The notes: generated from the sequence alone by a model not told the origin. A stretch of DNA of 64,000 bases from Bacteriovoracaceae bacterium (GCA_041586955.1 JBFGZE010000004.1:28942-92941), one strand, 5' to 3'; counted from the first letter of the stretch, positions 1-9,921 are shown. Numbers and translations are program-made.

Positions 1-1
1 T

Positions 2-1675
2 AAAAAGTTTCGTGACATAATAGAAGAGGCAAATTATGAAGGACGCTATATGGGCGTCTATCCGATAAAAGTTAACCAAATGCGTGAAGTGGTCGAAGAG
101 ATTATCGAAGCAGGATCAAAATTTGATTTTGGTATTGAAGCAGGCTCCAAGGCCGAGCTTCTCACTGCACTTGCTTTTAATGACAACACAAACTCACTAA
201 CAATCCTTAATGGATATAAAGACGAAGATTATTTACGACTTGGTCTCATGGGCACAAAGCTCGGTAAAAAAATAGTCATTGTTATAGAGAAATTCTCAGA
301 ACTTCCAAAACTATTAAAATTATCCAAGGAAATGGGCGTCACTCCCTTGATTGGAATTCGCGCAAAACTATCCATTCAAAGCCAGGGAAGATGGGCAAAG
401 TCGTGTGGCGACAAGGCAAAATTTGGCCTCACCATTGCAGAAATACTTAATGCCGTTCAATTACTCGAGGATAGCCACTTAAAAGAAAGTATTAAGTTAT
501 TTCACTTCCATATTGGAAGCCAAATTTCCGATATTAGAACCTTTAAAGATGCTCTTAATGAAGGTGGACGTATTTACGCCAAGCTCATAAAAATGGGCGT
601 TAACCTTCAGTACTTCGATGTAGGTGGCGGCTTAGGTGTCGATTATGACGGCAGTCGCTCAACTAATGACTCTTCAACTAATTATAGTATTTCTGAATAC
701 GCTGCTGACATCGTCTATGGACTTAAACAAATTTGCGATCTAGAAGGTGTCCCCCACCCCTCAATTGTAACGGAAAGTGGTCGAGCAATTACCGCTCACC
801 ATTCCTGTGTCATCACTAATATCATCGATAAAATCTCAGCTGACCAAATGGTTTATGAAACTAAAAAAATGGCCGGCGAACATATCCTTGTTGATAATAT
901 GAGAGACTTGATTAATCTTCTCACATCAGAAAATTATCAAGAAATCTATAATGATGCTCTTCAATACCGAGAAGAGTCCCTTCAGGCCTTTAAGCTAGGA
1001 ATCCTCTCGCTTGTCGAAAGGGCAAAAATCGACACTCTTTTCAATCAAATAATGAATAGTATTGTTCCTATCATTGCAAATAATGATTTTATTCCAGAGG
1101 GCCTTCAGAGCCTAAAAGAAAAACTATCTCCTCAATATCTATGTAATTTCTCCGTATTTCAATCTGCTGCGGATACCTGGGCCATTCAACAATTGCTCCC
1201 AATCATGCCTATTACTCGGCTAAACGAAAAGCCTACTCAAAACTGCTCTATTGCTGATATCACTTGTGATTCCGATGGAAAAATTGACCGCTTTATTTCT
1301 CTTGATGGTATCGCCAACACCGTTCCCCTTCACGAGTTAAAACACGACGAAGAATACCTTATTGGCCTATTTTTAACTGGCGCTTATCAAGATGTCATGG
1401 GAGATATGCATAATCTATTTGGTCGACTCAATGAAGTTCATATCTATTCTGATGCTGCTGATCCGCAAGGATTTTACATTGAAGAGTTTATTCAAGGAAA
1501 TAGTGCCTCTAATGTCTTAGCGACCATGCAATATAATCCTGAATACATGGCCCAGAAAATGAAAAAAATGGTTAACAAGGAAATTAGCCGAGGAAGGATT
1601 CTTCCTCGGGAAGGTGTTAAACTAGTTAACTTTTACGAAGAGTGTTTAAAAAGCTACACTTATTTAAAGCACTAA
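2..1675 (+). CDS. speA: Biosynthetic arginine decarboxylase, 5'-truncated by the window edge
   Basis: Frame is open from base 2 (KKFRDIIEEANYEGRY-MGVYPIKVNQ). Motifs YPIKVNQ (PLP lysine), EAGSKAEL, HFHIGSQ, DVGGGLGVDYDG, TCDSDG, GAYQDVMGDMHNLFG. Confidence 0.95.
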   Translation, partial: KKFRDIIEEANYEGRYMGVYPIKVNQMREVVEEIIEAGSKFDFGIEAGSKAELLTALAFNDNTNSLTILNGYKDEDYLRLGLMGTKLGKKIVIVIEKFSELPKLLKLSKEMGVTPLIGIRAKLSIQSQGRWAKSCGDKAKFGLTIAEILNAVQLLEDSHLKESIKLFHFHIGSQISDIRTFKDALNEGGRIYAKLIKMGVNLQYFDVGGGLGVDYDGSRSTNDSSTNYSISEYAADIVYGLKQICDLEGVPHPSIVTESGRAITAHHSCVITNIIDKISADQMVYETKKMAGEHILVDNMRDLINLLTSENYQEIYNDALQYREESLQAFKLGILSLVERAKIDTLFNQIMNSIVPIIANNDFIPEGLQSLKEKLSPQYLCNFSVFQSAADTWAIQQLLPIMPITRLNEKPTQNCSIADITCDSDGKIDRFISLDGIANTVPLHELKHDEEYLIGLFLTGAYQDVMGDMHNLFGRLNEVHIYSDAADPQGFYIEEFIQGNSASNVLATMQYNPEYMAQKMKKMVNKEISRGRILPREGVKLVNFYEECLKSYTYLKH

Positions 1676-1679
1676 AACT

Positions 1680-2660
1680 TTATTTTACAGTTTTAAAGTA
1701 TCTTAAGAACTCCGACTCTGTGCTAAATAGCATTTTAGTTTTGGCAGTCATCGAGTTTTTATAGGCGTCCATCGTTCTTAAAAACTCAAAAAACGAAGGG
1801 TCTTTAGCGAAAGACTTTGCATAAATCCCTACAGCAATGGCCTCTCCCTTACCTTTTATCTTCTCTGCATCTTTATAGGCCTCTGAATCAATCTTCTGTA
1901 GATCTCGAGTTAGGCGACCTTCAATCTTGGCCTTCTCTCCTTGACCAATCGAGCGAATCTTCTGAGCAATTCTCTGCCTTTCAGAAATCATTCTCTCATA
2001 GACTTTACGCTCTACAGATTCCTCATAGCTAATTCGTCTTAATTGCACATCAATTAATTGAATTCCAAGATTACGCAATTCTTTGTCCGCGACTTCCGCA
2101 ATCATGGTTGAAAGGTTTTCACGACCAACTTGAATTTCATCAATGGAGCCCGTCACTTCCTCTTCCAGTACGGGTTCACCCTTTGCCTTTCTGTCTTTTA
2201 ATTCTCTTTCTCGTTCTGCAATTTTATCAATAATTGCGTTTGAATTTCTCACTGCCTCAACAAGGTTTTGATTAGATATCACATCCCGAGTGGCAGAATC
2301 GAGAATGGCATCAAGTCTTGCCTTCGCACCACTAGTATTGCGAACCGTCTGAATAAACTTTAAAGCATTTATAATTTTAAAACGTGCCGTCGTATCAACC
2401 TTAATATACTTTTTATCCTTTGTAGGGATTTGATTCGGGAACCCATCCCAACTCAAAATTCTCTTATCAACATAACGAGCTTCTTGCAAAAATGGTAATT
2501 TAAAATGGAGTCCTGCCTCTGTTATAGGTGCTCCAATAGGCTTACCAAATTCAGTAATAATGGCCTGCCGACCTTCGTCGACAACAAAGGCGGAAGAAAA
2601 TGTAACTATAATCAAAGCTAAAATAAGGACAGGCAAAATTGCCAATTTATTTACTTGCAT
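1680..2660 (-). CDS. hflC: FtsH protease modulator HflC (SPFH domain)
   Basis: N-terminal TM helix, GLHFKLPF, RMISER, DPSFFEFLRTMDAY; follows hflK. Confidence 0.92.
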   Translation of the reverse strand: MQVNKLAILPVLILALIIVTFSSAFVVDEGRQAIITEFGKPIGAPITEAGLHFKLPFLQEARYVDKRILSWDGFPNQIPTKDKKYIKVDTTARFKIINALKFIQTVRNTSGAKARLDAILDSATRDVISNQNLVEAVRNSNAIIDKIAERERELKDRKAKGEPVLEEEVTGSIDEIQVGRENLSTMIAEVADKELRNLGIQLIDVQLRRISYEESVERKVYERMISERQRIAQKIRSIGQGEKAKIEGRLTRDLQKIDSEAYKDAEKIKGKGEAIAVGIYAKSFAKDPSFFEFLRTMDAYKNSMTAKTKMLFSTESEFLRYFKTVK

Positions 2661-3618
2661 CTGTAACCCCTTTTTCAGAAAACACTGGCAATATACCTTT
2701 AATTTTACTATCGACGATTGTTAAGTCGTCGAAGTTTTTGAAAATGGTTTCCATTGTTTCAATGTAAATTCTTTTTTTAGTAATTGTCGGAGCTCTTTTA
2801 TACTCTTTTAATACTTCGTTAAATTTTGCGGTATCACCCTTGGCCCTGTTCACTAGCGCCTCGGCCAATCCTTCTGCTTCAGAGATTAATTTTTCGGCCT
2901 TACCACGCGCCTCCGGAATTACTTTATTATAAGCTTCTTCGGCCTGATTAATTACCTTTTCTTGCTCTTGCTTGGCCTCATTAACCTCATTGAAGGATGG
3001 TTTAACCACTTCTGGAGGGTTCACATCCTGTAACTTCACAGTAACAATTTTAACACCCATATCGTACTTATTAAGAACATCTTGCATAAGCTTCTGAGCT
3101 TCTGTCGCAATCTCAACCCTTCCTGTCGTTAGAACCTCAGTGACATAACGGTCCCCAACAACCCGTCTCATAATAGATTCTGAAACGTCCCGTATATTAC
3201 GCCTTGGTGCTTCTGTTTGAAATAAAAACTTAAAGGGGTCTGAAATTTGATATTGAACAACCCATTCTACATCGGCGACATTGAGGTCACCTGTTAGCAT
3301 GAGAGACTCTCCATCATGCTCACCACTAGAGTATGTCGTTCTTCTGGTGCTCGTGTTTGTAGTCCGAAAACCAAATTCTTCCTGTAAAACGCGTTTAGAT
3401 TTTACTTTAATGACCTTATCGACACCAAAAGGAATCTTAAAATGAAAACCTGGCGCTGTCGTTTGCATATAGCGCCCTAAGCGAATAATAACGGCTTCCT
3501 CATCGGGCTCAACAGTATAAAAAACAGTCCTGCCGAATATGACTGTAATCATAATCGCAATTACTATCAGGACAGTTTTGGGATTTATGTTCGGTACGTT
3601 AAACTCTGGATTTGACAT
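2647..3618 (-). CDS. hflK: FtsH protease modulator HflK (SPFH domain, short N-terminus)
   Basis: ESLMLTGDLN, LQDVNPPEVVKPSFNEV, VIPEARG, RIYIETME. Confidence 0.92.
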   Translation of the reverse strand: MSNPEFNVPNINPKTVLIVIAIMITVIFGRTVFYTVEPDEEAVIIRLGRYMQTTAPGFHFKIPFGVDKVIKVKSKRVLQEEFGFRTTNTSTRRTTYSSGEHDGESLMLTGDLNVADVEWVVQYQISDPFKFLFQTEAPRRNIRDVSESIMRRVVGDRYVTEVLTTGRVEIATEAQKLMQDVLNKYDMGVKIVTVKLQDVNPPEVVKPSFNEVNEAKQEQEKVINQAEEAYNKVIPEARGKAEKLISEAEGLAEALVNRAKGDTAKFNEVLKEYKRAPTITKKRIYIETMETIFKNFDDLTIVDSKIKGILPVFSEKGVTDASK

Positions 3619-3621
3619 ATT

Positions 3622-4128
3622 TTACTCCACTTCAAGCATTAAAATGCCTGAATCTAATGCATCACCTTCTTTTACGTGAATGCTTTTTACGACCCCATCT
3701 ACTCCACACTTAATTTCATTTTCCATTTTCATTGCTTCCAGGATGACTAGCGTTTGTCCTTTATAGACCTCATCACCTTCCTTGACTAGGATTTTAACAA
3801 TCTTGCCTGGCATTTGAGTTAATAAGGCCCCTTCTCCACCACCAGCGAGACCACTTGGCTTATAACCCCGATACACATCAAAAACACGATCAATACTTAA
3901 AATTTTCTTGGGAAGCTTTTGCTTAGCGATCTTACTCCAAGAAACACCATTTTCAGAATAAAAATAGGAACCCGCCAATTGGCGTATGATCACAGATTTT
4001 TTATTCACTAATTCTGAGTCAACAAATGAAGAGAATTCAAATTCGACCTTATCGCTAGAGTGAATAATCGTTTTAGTAAGATCAACAACAACTTCATTTT
4101 TTTCACTATCAATTAAATAAGTTCTCAT
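3622..4128 (-). CDS. Biotin carboxyl carrier subunit of an acyl-CoA carboxylase, with an extra N-terminal domain
   Basis: C-terminal biotinyl domain MPGKIVKILV...LEAMKMENEI. Confidence 0.9.
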   Translation of the reverse strand: MRTYLIDSEKNEVVVDLTKTIIHSSDKVEFEFSSFVDSELVNKKSVIIRQLAGSYFYSENGVSWSKIAKQKLPKKILSIDRVFDVYRGYKPSGLAGGGEGALLTQMPGKIVKILVKEGDEVYKGQTLVILEAMKMENEIKCGVDGVVKSIHVKEGDALDSGILMLEVE

Positions 4129-4131
4129 CTT

Positions 4132-5562
4132 CTACATCCCCAACCTTTTCGCTTCAATTCCTGCCATTTTTTTGTAAATGGAAGTAAAATCAACTTCAGT
4201 ATTGATTTTATCCTGAGGTGCGATTTCGCTGATATAGCTTGTTGAATATTTACCCGCGATAAAAGTTTCTTCATTCATAATAACTTTATGAAGAGGAATA
4301 TTCGTTTTTAGTCCTTCGATATAAACACCTTCAAGTGCTGCTCTCATTTTACGGATTGCAACACTTCGAACGATACCTTTCGCAACAAGCTTGCCAACCA
4401 TAGGATCAAAGTCGGGCGTCACTTCCAAGTCTTTAAACAAGCAATGATCAAATCTCACCCCTTGGGGAAAATTCGTCTCAAAGCCCGTTACAAGCCCAGG
4501 GGACGGCAACATAGTAATTGGATCTTCGGCACAAATACGACACTCAATAGCGTGACCACTGCGAGTAATCCACTCTTGGGAGGGTATATTTAAATCCTCA
4601 CCAAAAGCAGACTGAATCATGCAAACGATCAAGTCGACGCCCGTAATTTCTTCAGTAATAGGATGTTCAACTTGTATTCTCGTATTCATTTCGAGGAAAT
4701 AAAAAGACTTATCTTCGCCCATAATGAACTCGACAGTACCTGCGGAGTCATAATTGACTGCTTTTGCGAGTCTCACAGCTGTTTCACATAGCTCTCTTCG
4801 AAGCTCTTCATCTTCACCAATAAAAGGCGATGGCGCTTCTTCGATAATTTTTTGGTGACGTCTTTGCACTGAGCACTCTCTTTCAAAAAAGTGAAAAACA
4901 TTACCTTTTTTATCTGCTAGAATCTGAACCTCAATATGACGAGGGTTAAGAATTAGCTTTTCAACTAATAGATCCCCATTGCCAAAAGCAGATAAAGATT
5001 CTCTACCCACCGCCTCGAATTGCTTTTTAATTTCATCTTCATCATAACAAGCTCGCATCCCGCGACCACCGCCACCAGCAACGGCCTTTAACAAGATAGG
5101 GTAACCAATTTCATTCGCGACTTTAATAGCTTCCGCGATGGTCGGGACAGCTTCCGATGTACCAGGAACGACTGGTACACCTGCTTTTTGAGCTAGCGCC
5201 TTAGATGTGGCCTTATCCCCCATTACTTTTATCGCTTCCACGTTTGGACCAATAAAGACAATCCCTGCCTTATTCAACTTTTCCGCGAAAATACCATTTT
5301 CCGATAAAAAACCATATCCGGGGTGAATACCATCAACCTTGTGCTGAACGGCCAATTCAATTATGGCATCCATATTAAGATACGTTTCCGCATTAGTGCT
5401 ACCTTTCAAATGAATCCATTCATCACAATACTGAAGATGCTGGGCATTCAACTCATTATCGGTATAGAACCCAATAGCTGTATGGCCTAGTTCACGACAG
5501 GCCCTTGCCACACGATTGGCAATCTCACCTCGATTGGCAATTAGTACTCGTTTCGTTTTCAT
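4132..5562 (-). CDS. accC: Biotin carboxylase subunit (acetyl/propionyl-CoA carboxylase)
   Basis: LIANRGEIA, HPGYGFLSEN, GGGGRGMR, RECSVQRRHQK, EMNTRIQVEH; no fused biotinyl domain. Confidence 0.9.
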   Translation of the reverse strand: MKTKRVLIANRGEIANRVARACRELGHTAIGFYTDNELNAQHLQYCDEWIHLKGSTNAETYLNMDAIIELAVQHKVDGIHPGYGFLSENGIFAEKLNKAGIVFIGPNVEAIKVMGDKATSKALAQKAGVPVVPGTSEAVPTIAEAIKVANEIGYPILLKAVAGGGGRGMRACYDEDEIKKQFEAVGRESLSAFGNGDLLVEKLILNPRHIEVQILADKKGNVFHFFERECSVQRRHQKIIEEAPSPFIGEDEELRRELCETAVRLAKAVNYDSAGTVEFIMGEDKSFYFLEMNTRIQVEHPITEEITGVDLIVCMIQSAFGEDLNIPSQEWITRSGHAIECRICAEDPITMLPSPGLVTGFETNFPQGVRFDHCLFKDLEVTPDFDPMVGKLVAKGIVRSVAIRKMRAALEGVYIEGLKTNIPLHKVIMNEETFIAGKYSTSYISEIAPQDKINTEVDFTSIYKKMAGIEAKRLGM

Positions 5563-7121
5563 AACTGAATATTCCCATGTTTTCTTCTTGGCAATTCGAC
5601 TTTTTTATCTTTAAGCATACAAAAGTATTCATAAAGTCGAGAACGTGTTTCCTCTGGAAAAATAACCGAATCCACATAGCCAAGTTCAGCAGCACGATAG
5701 GGGTTATTAAATTCTTTTTCATAATTGGTTACAAGTTCAGCCTTTTTCTTATCAAATGCCTCCCCTTCCAATCCTTTTAGTTCATTTCTAAAAACAATAT
5801 TAACAGCTCCCTCTGCCCCCATTACTGCAATCTCTGCTGTCGGGTATGCCAAGTTAACATCTGCCTTAATATGTTTAGATGCCATTACGTCATAGGCACC
5901 ACCATAAGCTTTTCTTGTAATCAATGTAATCATGGGGACTGTCGCTTCAGCGTAAGCGTATAATAATTTAGATCCATGCTTAATAATGCCTCCGTACTCT
6001 TGAACCGTTCCCGGCAAGAATCCTGGGACATCGACCAAAGTTAAAATCGCAATATCAAAAGCATCGCAAAAACGGACGAAGCGCCCTGCTTTACAGGAAG
6101 AGTCAATATCCAATACTCCTGCAAGAACTTGTGGTTGATTGGCAACGATACCTATTTTAATGCCACCAATTGAAGCAAAACCACAGATAATATTTTTAGC
6201 ATAATCTTTATGGACTTCTAAAAATTGACTATCATCCACAATATCCAAAATAATCTCTTTCATATCATAGGGTTTTTTTGGATTAACTGGAACAGTCTCT
6301 TTAATTTTTGTATTATCCCTAAAGACAGAGTCTGCACTAGCTTTGGCCTGAGAATCTCTAAAATTTGAAGCCGGAAGATATGACATTAATTCTCTAACGC
6401 GCTCAAAACAATCATCTTCATCAACACATTTAAATTGGACAACTCCAGATTTTTCATTATGGGTGGAGGCACCACCAAGTTCTTCCTTGGTTACTTCTTC
6501 GTGTGTCACAGTTTTAATAACATCTGGGCCAGTGACAAACATATAAGATGTTTTGTCTACCATAAAAATAAAGTCTGTGATTGCAGGAGAATAAACCGCT
6601 CCACCAGCACAAGGCCCCATGACAAGAGATATTTGTGGAATCACCCCAGAGCACTTCACATTACGATAAAAAATATCTGCATACCCAGCAAGAGATTCTA
6701 CTCCTTCCTGAATTCTTGCTCCACCTGAATCATTCATACCGATGATAGGAATTCTATTCTCAAGAGCAAAATCCATTATTTTACAAATCTTTTTTGCGTG
6801 GGCCGCACCTAAAGCGCCTCCCCAACAAGTGAAGTCTTGGCTAAAAAGAGCTACCTTTTGGCCGTTTATTTTACCGATCCCAGTAATCACGCCATCACCT
6901 AAATAGTGAGTTTTATCGAGACCAAAAGATGCACATTTATGAGTGACAAATTTATCGAATTCAATAAAAGAGCCTGGATCAACCAATCTCTCTATTCTTT
7001 CACGTGCTGTATATTTACCGGTCGCGTGTTGCTTTTCAATTCTTTCAACACCACCACCAAGGTTTGCTTTTTCTCTTAATTCTAATAATTCTTGTCGCTT
7101 CGTTTCGAGCAAATCGGACAT
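5559..7121 (-). CDS. pccB: Acyl-CoA (propionyl-CoA-type) carboxylase carboxyltransferase beta subunit
   Basis: DSGGARIQEG, GPCAGGAVYSPA, DVPGFLPG, RKAYGGAY, RKHGNI. Start moved to ATG 7121 (GGAGG 7 nt upstream). 4-nt overlap with the biotin carboxylase gene. Confidence 0.9.
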   Translation of the reverse strand: MSDLLETKRQELLELREKANLGGGVERIEKQHATGKYTARERIERLVDPGSFIEFDKFVTHKCASFGLDKTHYLGDGVITGIGKINGQKVALFSQDFTCWGGALGAAHAKKICKIMDFALENRIPIIGMNDSGGARIQEGVESLAGYADIFYRNVKCSGVIPQISLVMGPCAGGAVYSPAITDFIFMVDKTSYMFVTGPDVIKTVTHEEVTKEELGGASTHNEKSGVVQFKCVDEDDCFERVRELMSYLPASNFRDSQAKASADSVFRDNTKIKETVPVNPKKPYDMKEIILDIVDDSQFLEVHKDYAKNIICGFASIGGIKIGIVANQPQVLAGVLDIDSSCKAGRFVRFCDAFDIAILTLVDVPGFLPGTVQEYGGIIKHGSKLLYAYAEATVPMITLITRKAYGGAYDVMASKHIKADVNLAYPTAEIAVMGAEGAVNIVFRNELKGLEGEAFDKKKAELVTNYEKEFNNPYRAAELGYVDSVIFPEETRSRLYEYFCMLKDKKVELPRRKHGNIQL

Positions 7122-7172
7122 AAAAAAACCTCCTAAAGACTGGTGTACTATAACCAATTCGTCTTTAGGAGG
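7122..7172 (-). promoter_or_regulatory. 12-bp stem-loop plus U7 tract enclosing the pccB Shine-Dalgarno
   Basis: Perfect inverted repeat CCTCCTAAAGAC (7129-7140) / GTCTTTAGGAGG (7161-7172), then 7 T on the minus strand immediately before the ATG. Confidence 0.7.
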
Positions 7173-7207
7173 CTATTTCTCTGCGTTATGTTCTCAATAA
7201 ATTGACG

Positions 7208-8788
7208 CTATTCTCCAGATGCTTTTTTCCTCTTATCAAGGTCGTATTTATCAACCTTCATAATGAGGCTTGCGCGACTAATTCCCAGCTCTTTTGAGAG
7301 CCTTGATTTATTAAAATTACATCGCTTAAGACCTTCTCGAATCATAAAGGTTTCGAGCTCCTCAAGGGCCTGTCTAAGTGTGCCAGAGGTACTGATATTT
7401 CCGAAACTTGACCCTCCACTGCCAGAGCGCCCCGAATGTTCTATAATACGAGGGCTTAGCAAATCAGGAGTCACCATTTTATCATCGCCGGCCAATACGA
7501 CAAGGCGTTCGATTTCATTTTCAAGCTCACGAACGTTTCCTGGCCATGGGTAGTCCAACATCTTTTCCATGCATTTCTTAGACATTTGCTTCATCGGTAA
7601 CCCCGATTCATCACAACGTTTCTTTAAAAAATGCTCCAAAAGGATATGAATGTCGTCGCTTCTTTCTCTTAACGGAGGTAAGTCCACATTAATTACATTA
7701 ATACGATAATAAAGATCTTCTCTAAACTCGCCATCTTTCATCATTTGCTTAATATTTTTATTCGTAGCGGCGATAATTCTCACATCACAACGTTTAGGAG
7801 CTGTCGCTCCAACTGGTAGATAAGTTCCTTCCTGCAAAACACGAAGCAATTTAACCTGCATACTAAGGGATGTATCCCCAATCTCATCCAAGAATAGAGT
7901 TCCACCATTCGCCTGCTCAAATAAACCTTTCTTATCTTTAATAGCACCAGTAAAGGCACCTTTTACGTGACCAAATAATTCGCTGTCTAATAGGTTGTCA
8001 TTAAAGGCGGAGCAATTTACGGCCAAAAACATATTGTCTTTACGAGGAGAATAAAAATGAATCGCTTTTGCCACCAATTCTTTACCTGTCCCATTTTCAC
8101 CTTGCACAAAAACACTTGATTCCGAAGTCGATATTTTATCGAGCAAATGATAAATTTGCTGCATTTTTTTCGATTTACCAATCATCATATGATAACGATA
8201 TTTATCCCCTAATTCAGAGTTAAGCTCTTTAATCCGCTCGTCCCTTTTCATGATCTCTTCATGGAAGTCGACAATCTCTTCTGACACCAAGTCATTTAAT
8301 TCCTGAAGGTACTCAATATCAACAGCGCTTAAAGGCTTAATGTTCTCAATACAGCTTCTAACGTCGGCTTCATTTCCACCACATTCTATAACCTGCCCAA
8401 TCAAATTTTCCTTTTCACTTTCTGTCATAGAGTCAGAGAGAAATGGGTAGGCCAAAACTGTCCCTTTGTATTCACCGTCTACAGAAATGGAAGAAGCAAC
8501 ACCCTTGATCCCTTTAAAAAAGCTATCGTAAACAACAGGCCCTGGGCCTTGCTCTTTTAAAAGATCAGTCATTTTTTCAATATCCTGTGCAAGAAATTCA
8601 TGACCCATCTGGATATTCAATTGTACTTTTAAAAAGTGGTTATTATTCACAAAGTCTTTTTCTAAATGGTCACTTTGGATTTTAAAATTAGCATCTGCCC
8701 AAATAGATTCAACCCCATACCACTTGCTCAAGATTTCATTCAGTTTGGCAATAACATGGAGAGAACGCATCTCTTTCCAATTAATCAT
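7208..8788 (-). CDS. Sigma54-dependent transcriptional activator (PocR-like N-terminal sensor, AAA+ domain, Fis-type HTH)
   Basis: GENGTGKE Walker A, SELFGHVKGAFTGA, LFLDEIG, FREDLYYRIN, WPGNVRELEN, C-terminal HTH. No receiver domain. The PocR assignment of the N-terminus is by resemblance only. Confidence 0.9.
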   Translation of the reverse strand: MINWKEMRSLHVIAKLNEILSKWYGVESIWADANFKIQSDHLEKDFVNNNHFLKVQLNIQMGHEFLAQDIEKMTDLLKEQGPGPVVYDSFFKGIKGVASSISVDGEYKGTVLAYPFLSDSMTESEKENLIGQVIECGGNEADVRSCIENIKPLSAVDIEYLQELNDLVSEEIVDFHEEIMKRDERIKELNSELGDKYRYHMMIGKSKKMQQIYHLLDKISTSESSVFVQGENGTGKELVAKAIHFYSPRKDNMFLAVNCSAFNDNLLDSELFGHVKGAFTGAIKDKKGLFEQANGGTLFLDEIGDTSLSMQVKLLRVLQEGTYLPVGATAPKRCDVRIIAATNKNIKQMMKDGEFREDLYYRINVINVDLPPLRERSDDIHILLEHFLKKRCDESGLPMKQMSKKCMEKMLDYPWPGNVRELENEIERLVVLAGDDKMVTPDLLSPRIIEHSGRSGSGGSSFGNISTSGTLRQALEELETFMIREGLKRCNFNKSRLSKELGISRASLIMKVDKYDLDKRKKASGE

Positions 8789-8839
8789 AAAGTACCCCTG
8801 GCTAGACCGTAGACGATAGTCTTAATTTTCTTGTCTAAC

Positions 8840-8867
8840 TTTTCGGCAGGAATGATCAAAAACTTGA
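8840..8867 (-). promoter_or_regulatory. Putative sigma28 (FliA) promoter of the sigma54 activator
   Basis: Minus strand TCAAGTTT-N12-GCCGAAAA versus consensus TAAAGTTT-N11/12-GCCGATAA, about 50 nt upstream of the ATG. Confidence 0.55.
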
Positions 8868-8923
8868 CGAGCAATTCTTTAAATTGACTAAAATTTGGAT
8901 ATTAAGCTTATATTTACAGCGGG

Positions 8924-9496
8924 TTACTCGGGAGTACTTGATAAATAAAATTTAATTCTTTCGGTTAAGGACTCATCTAGCCATTTTTGGGGACCTACAA
9001 ACTTGTGCAGATGCTTACCCCCTCTAGCAAAAACATAGGTTTCCGGAACCTTTATTGTTCCAAAAAAAGGCAGATTTTTTCCGTCCGGGTCTAAAACTGT
9101 CAAAAAATTAGATGGTAAAGGTTTAAATCTTTTTAAAAATTTTAACACATCTTTTTTTGTATCATTAGCAGCAACGAGAACAACTAAAACATCTTGATCA
9201 GCAAACTTTTCTCCAAATTCTATAAACTCTGGTAACTCCGTTTCACATGGAACACACCAAGTTCCCCAAAAATGAAAAAGAAAAACTTTTTCCTTTCTTA
9301 CCTTAAGTGTATCCAGGTTAAAAGGTGTGTTCTCGCTATCTATACCCTGAAAAGAGAATTCTGGAAGATTTTGTAGTATTAACGTTTGATTACTAGTCAG
9401 CTTCTCTATCTCTTTTTTACGATAGAATGAATAGCCGAAAGTAATTGCAATGATAAGGGTAATGACGAATATCTTTTGTGAGCCTGACAAAAGCAC
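8924..9496 (-). CDS. Membrane-anchored TlpA/ResA-family thiol:disulfide oxidoreductase
   Basis: N-terminal TM helix, FWGTWCVPC (CxxC), VPETYV cis-Pro motif; GTG start. Confidence 0.85.
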   Translation of the reverse strand: MLLSGSQKIFVITLIIAITFGYSFYRKKEIEKLTSNQTLILQNLPEFSFQGIDSENTPFNLDTLKVRKEKVFLFHFWGTWCVPCETELPEFIEFGEKFADQDVLVVLVAANDTKKDVLKFLKRFKPLPSNFLTVLDPDGKNLPFFGTIKVPETYVFARGGKHLHKFVGPQKWLDESLTERIKFYLSSTPE

Positions 9497-9504
9497 CTCT
9501 CTAT

Positions 9505-9539
9505 AAACAAAAGGACCTTCTTAAAAAAAGAAGGTCCTT
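9505..9539 (-). terminator. Intrinsic terminator after rplQ
   Basis: AAGGACCTTCTT / AAGAAGGTCCTT inverted repeat followed by a T-rich tail on the minus strand. Confidence 0.75.
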
Positions 9540-9564
9540 CCATTTCATTTTTTAATTCGTGTAA

Positions 9565-9921
9565 TTAGTCAACGAGGGAGATAAAACTCATCTTAGCATT
9601 ATCACCCACACGACCGTCAGCTAACTTAAGAACGCGAGTGTAACCACCAGGTCTCTCTGTAAAGCGAGGAGCTACATCACCAAAGAGCTTTTGAACAGCA
9701 TCTTTATTATTAAGTTTTTGAAAAGCTAGTCTTCTATTAGCAACTGTATCAACTTTTGCTAATGTGATTAATTTTTCAACAAAGCCCTTAACGGCCATAC
9801 ATTTAGTATGCGTTGTCTTAATTTTACCATGGTCAATAACCTCAATGGCCAGATTTCTCAAAAGAGAAGTTCTATGCGCGGGATTAGTACCAATTCTATA
9901 TTTTTTTTTCTGATGTCTCAT
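9565..9921 (-). CDS. rplQ: 50S ribosomal protein L17
   Basis: MRH start, RPGGYTRVLK. Confidence 0.97.
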   Translation of the reverse strand: MRHQKKKYRIGTNPAHRTSLLRNLAIEVIDHGKIKTTHTKCMAVKGFVEKLITLAKVDTVANRRLAFQKLNNKDAVQKLFGDVAPRFTERPGGYTRVLKLADGRVGDNAKMSFISLVD

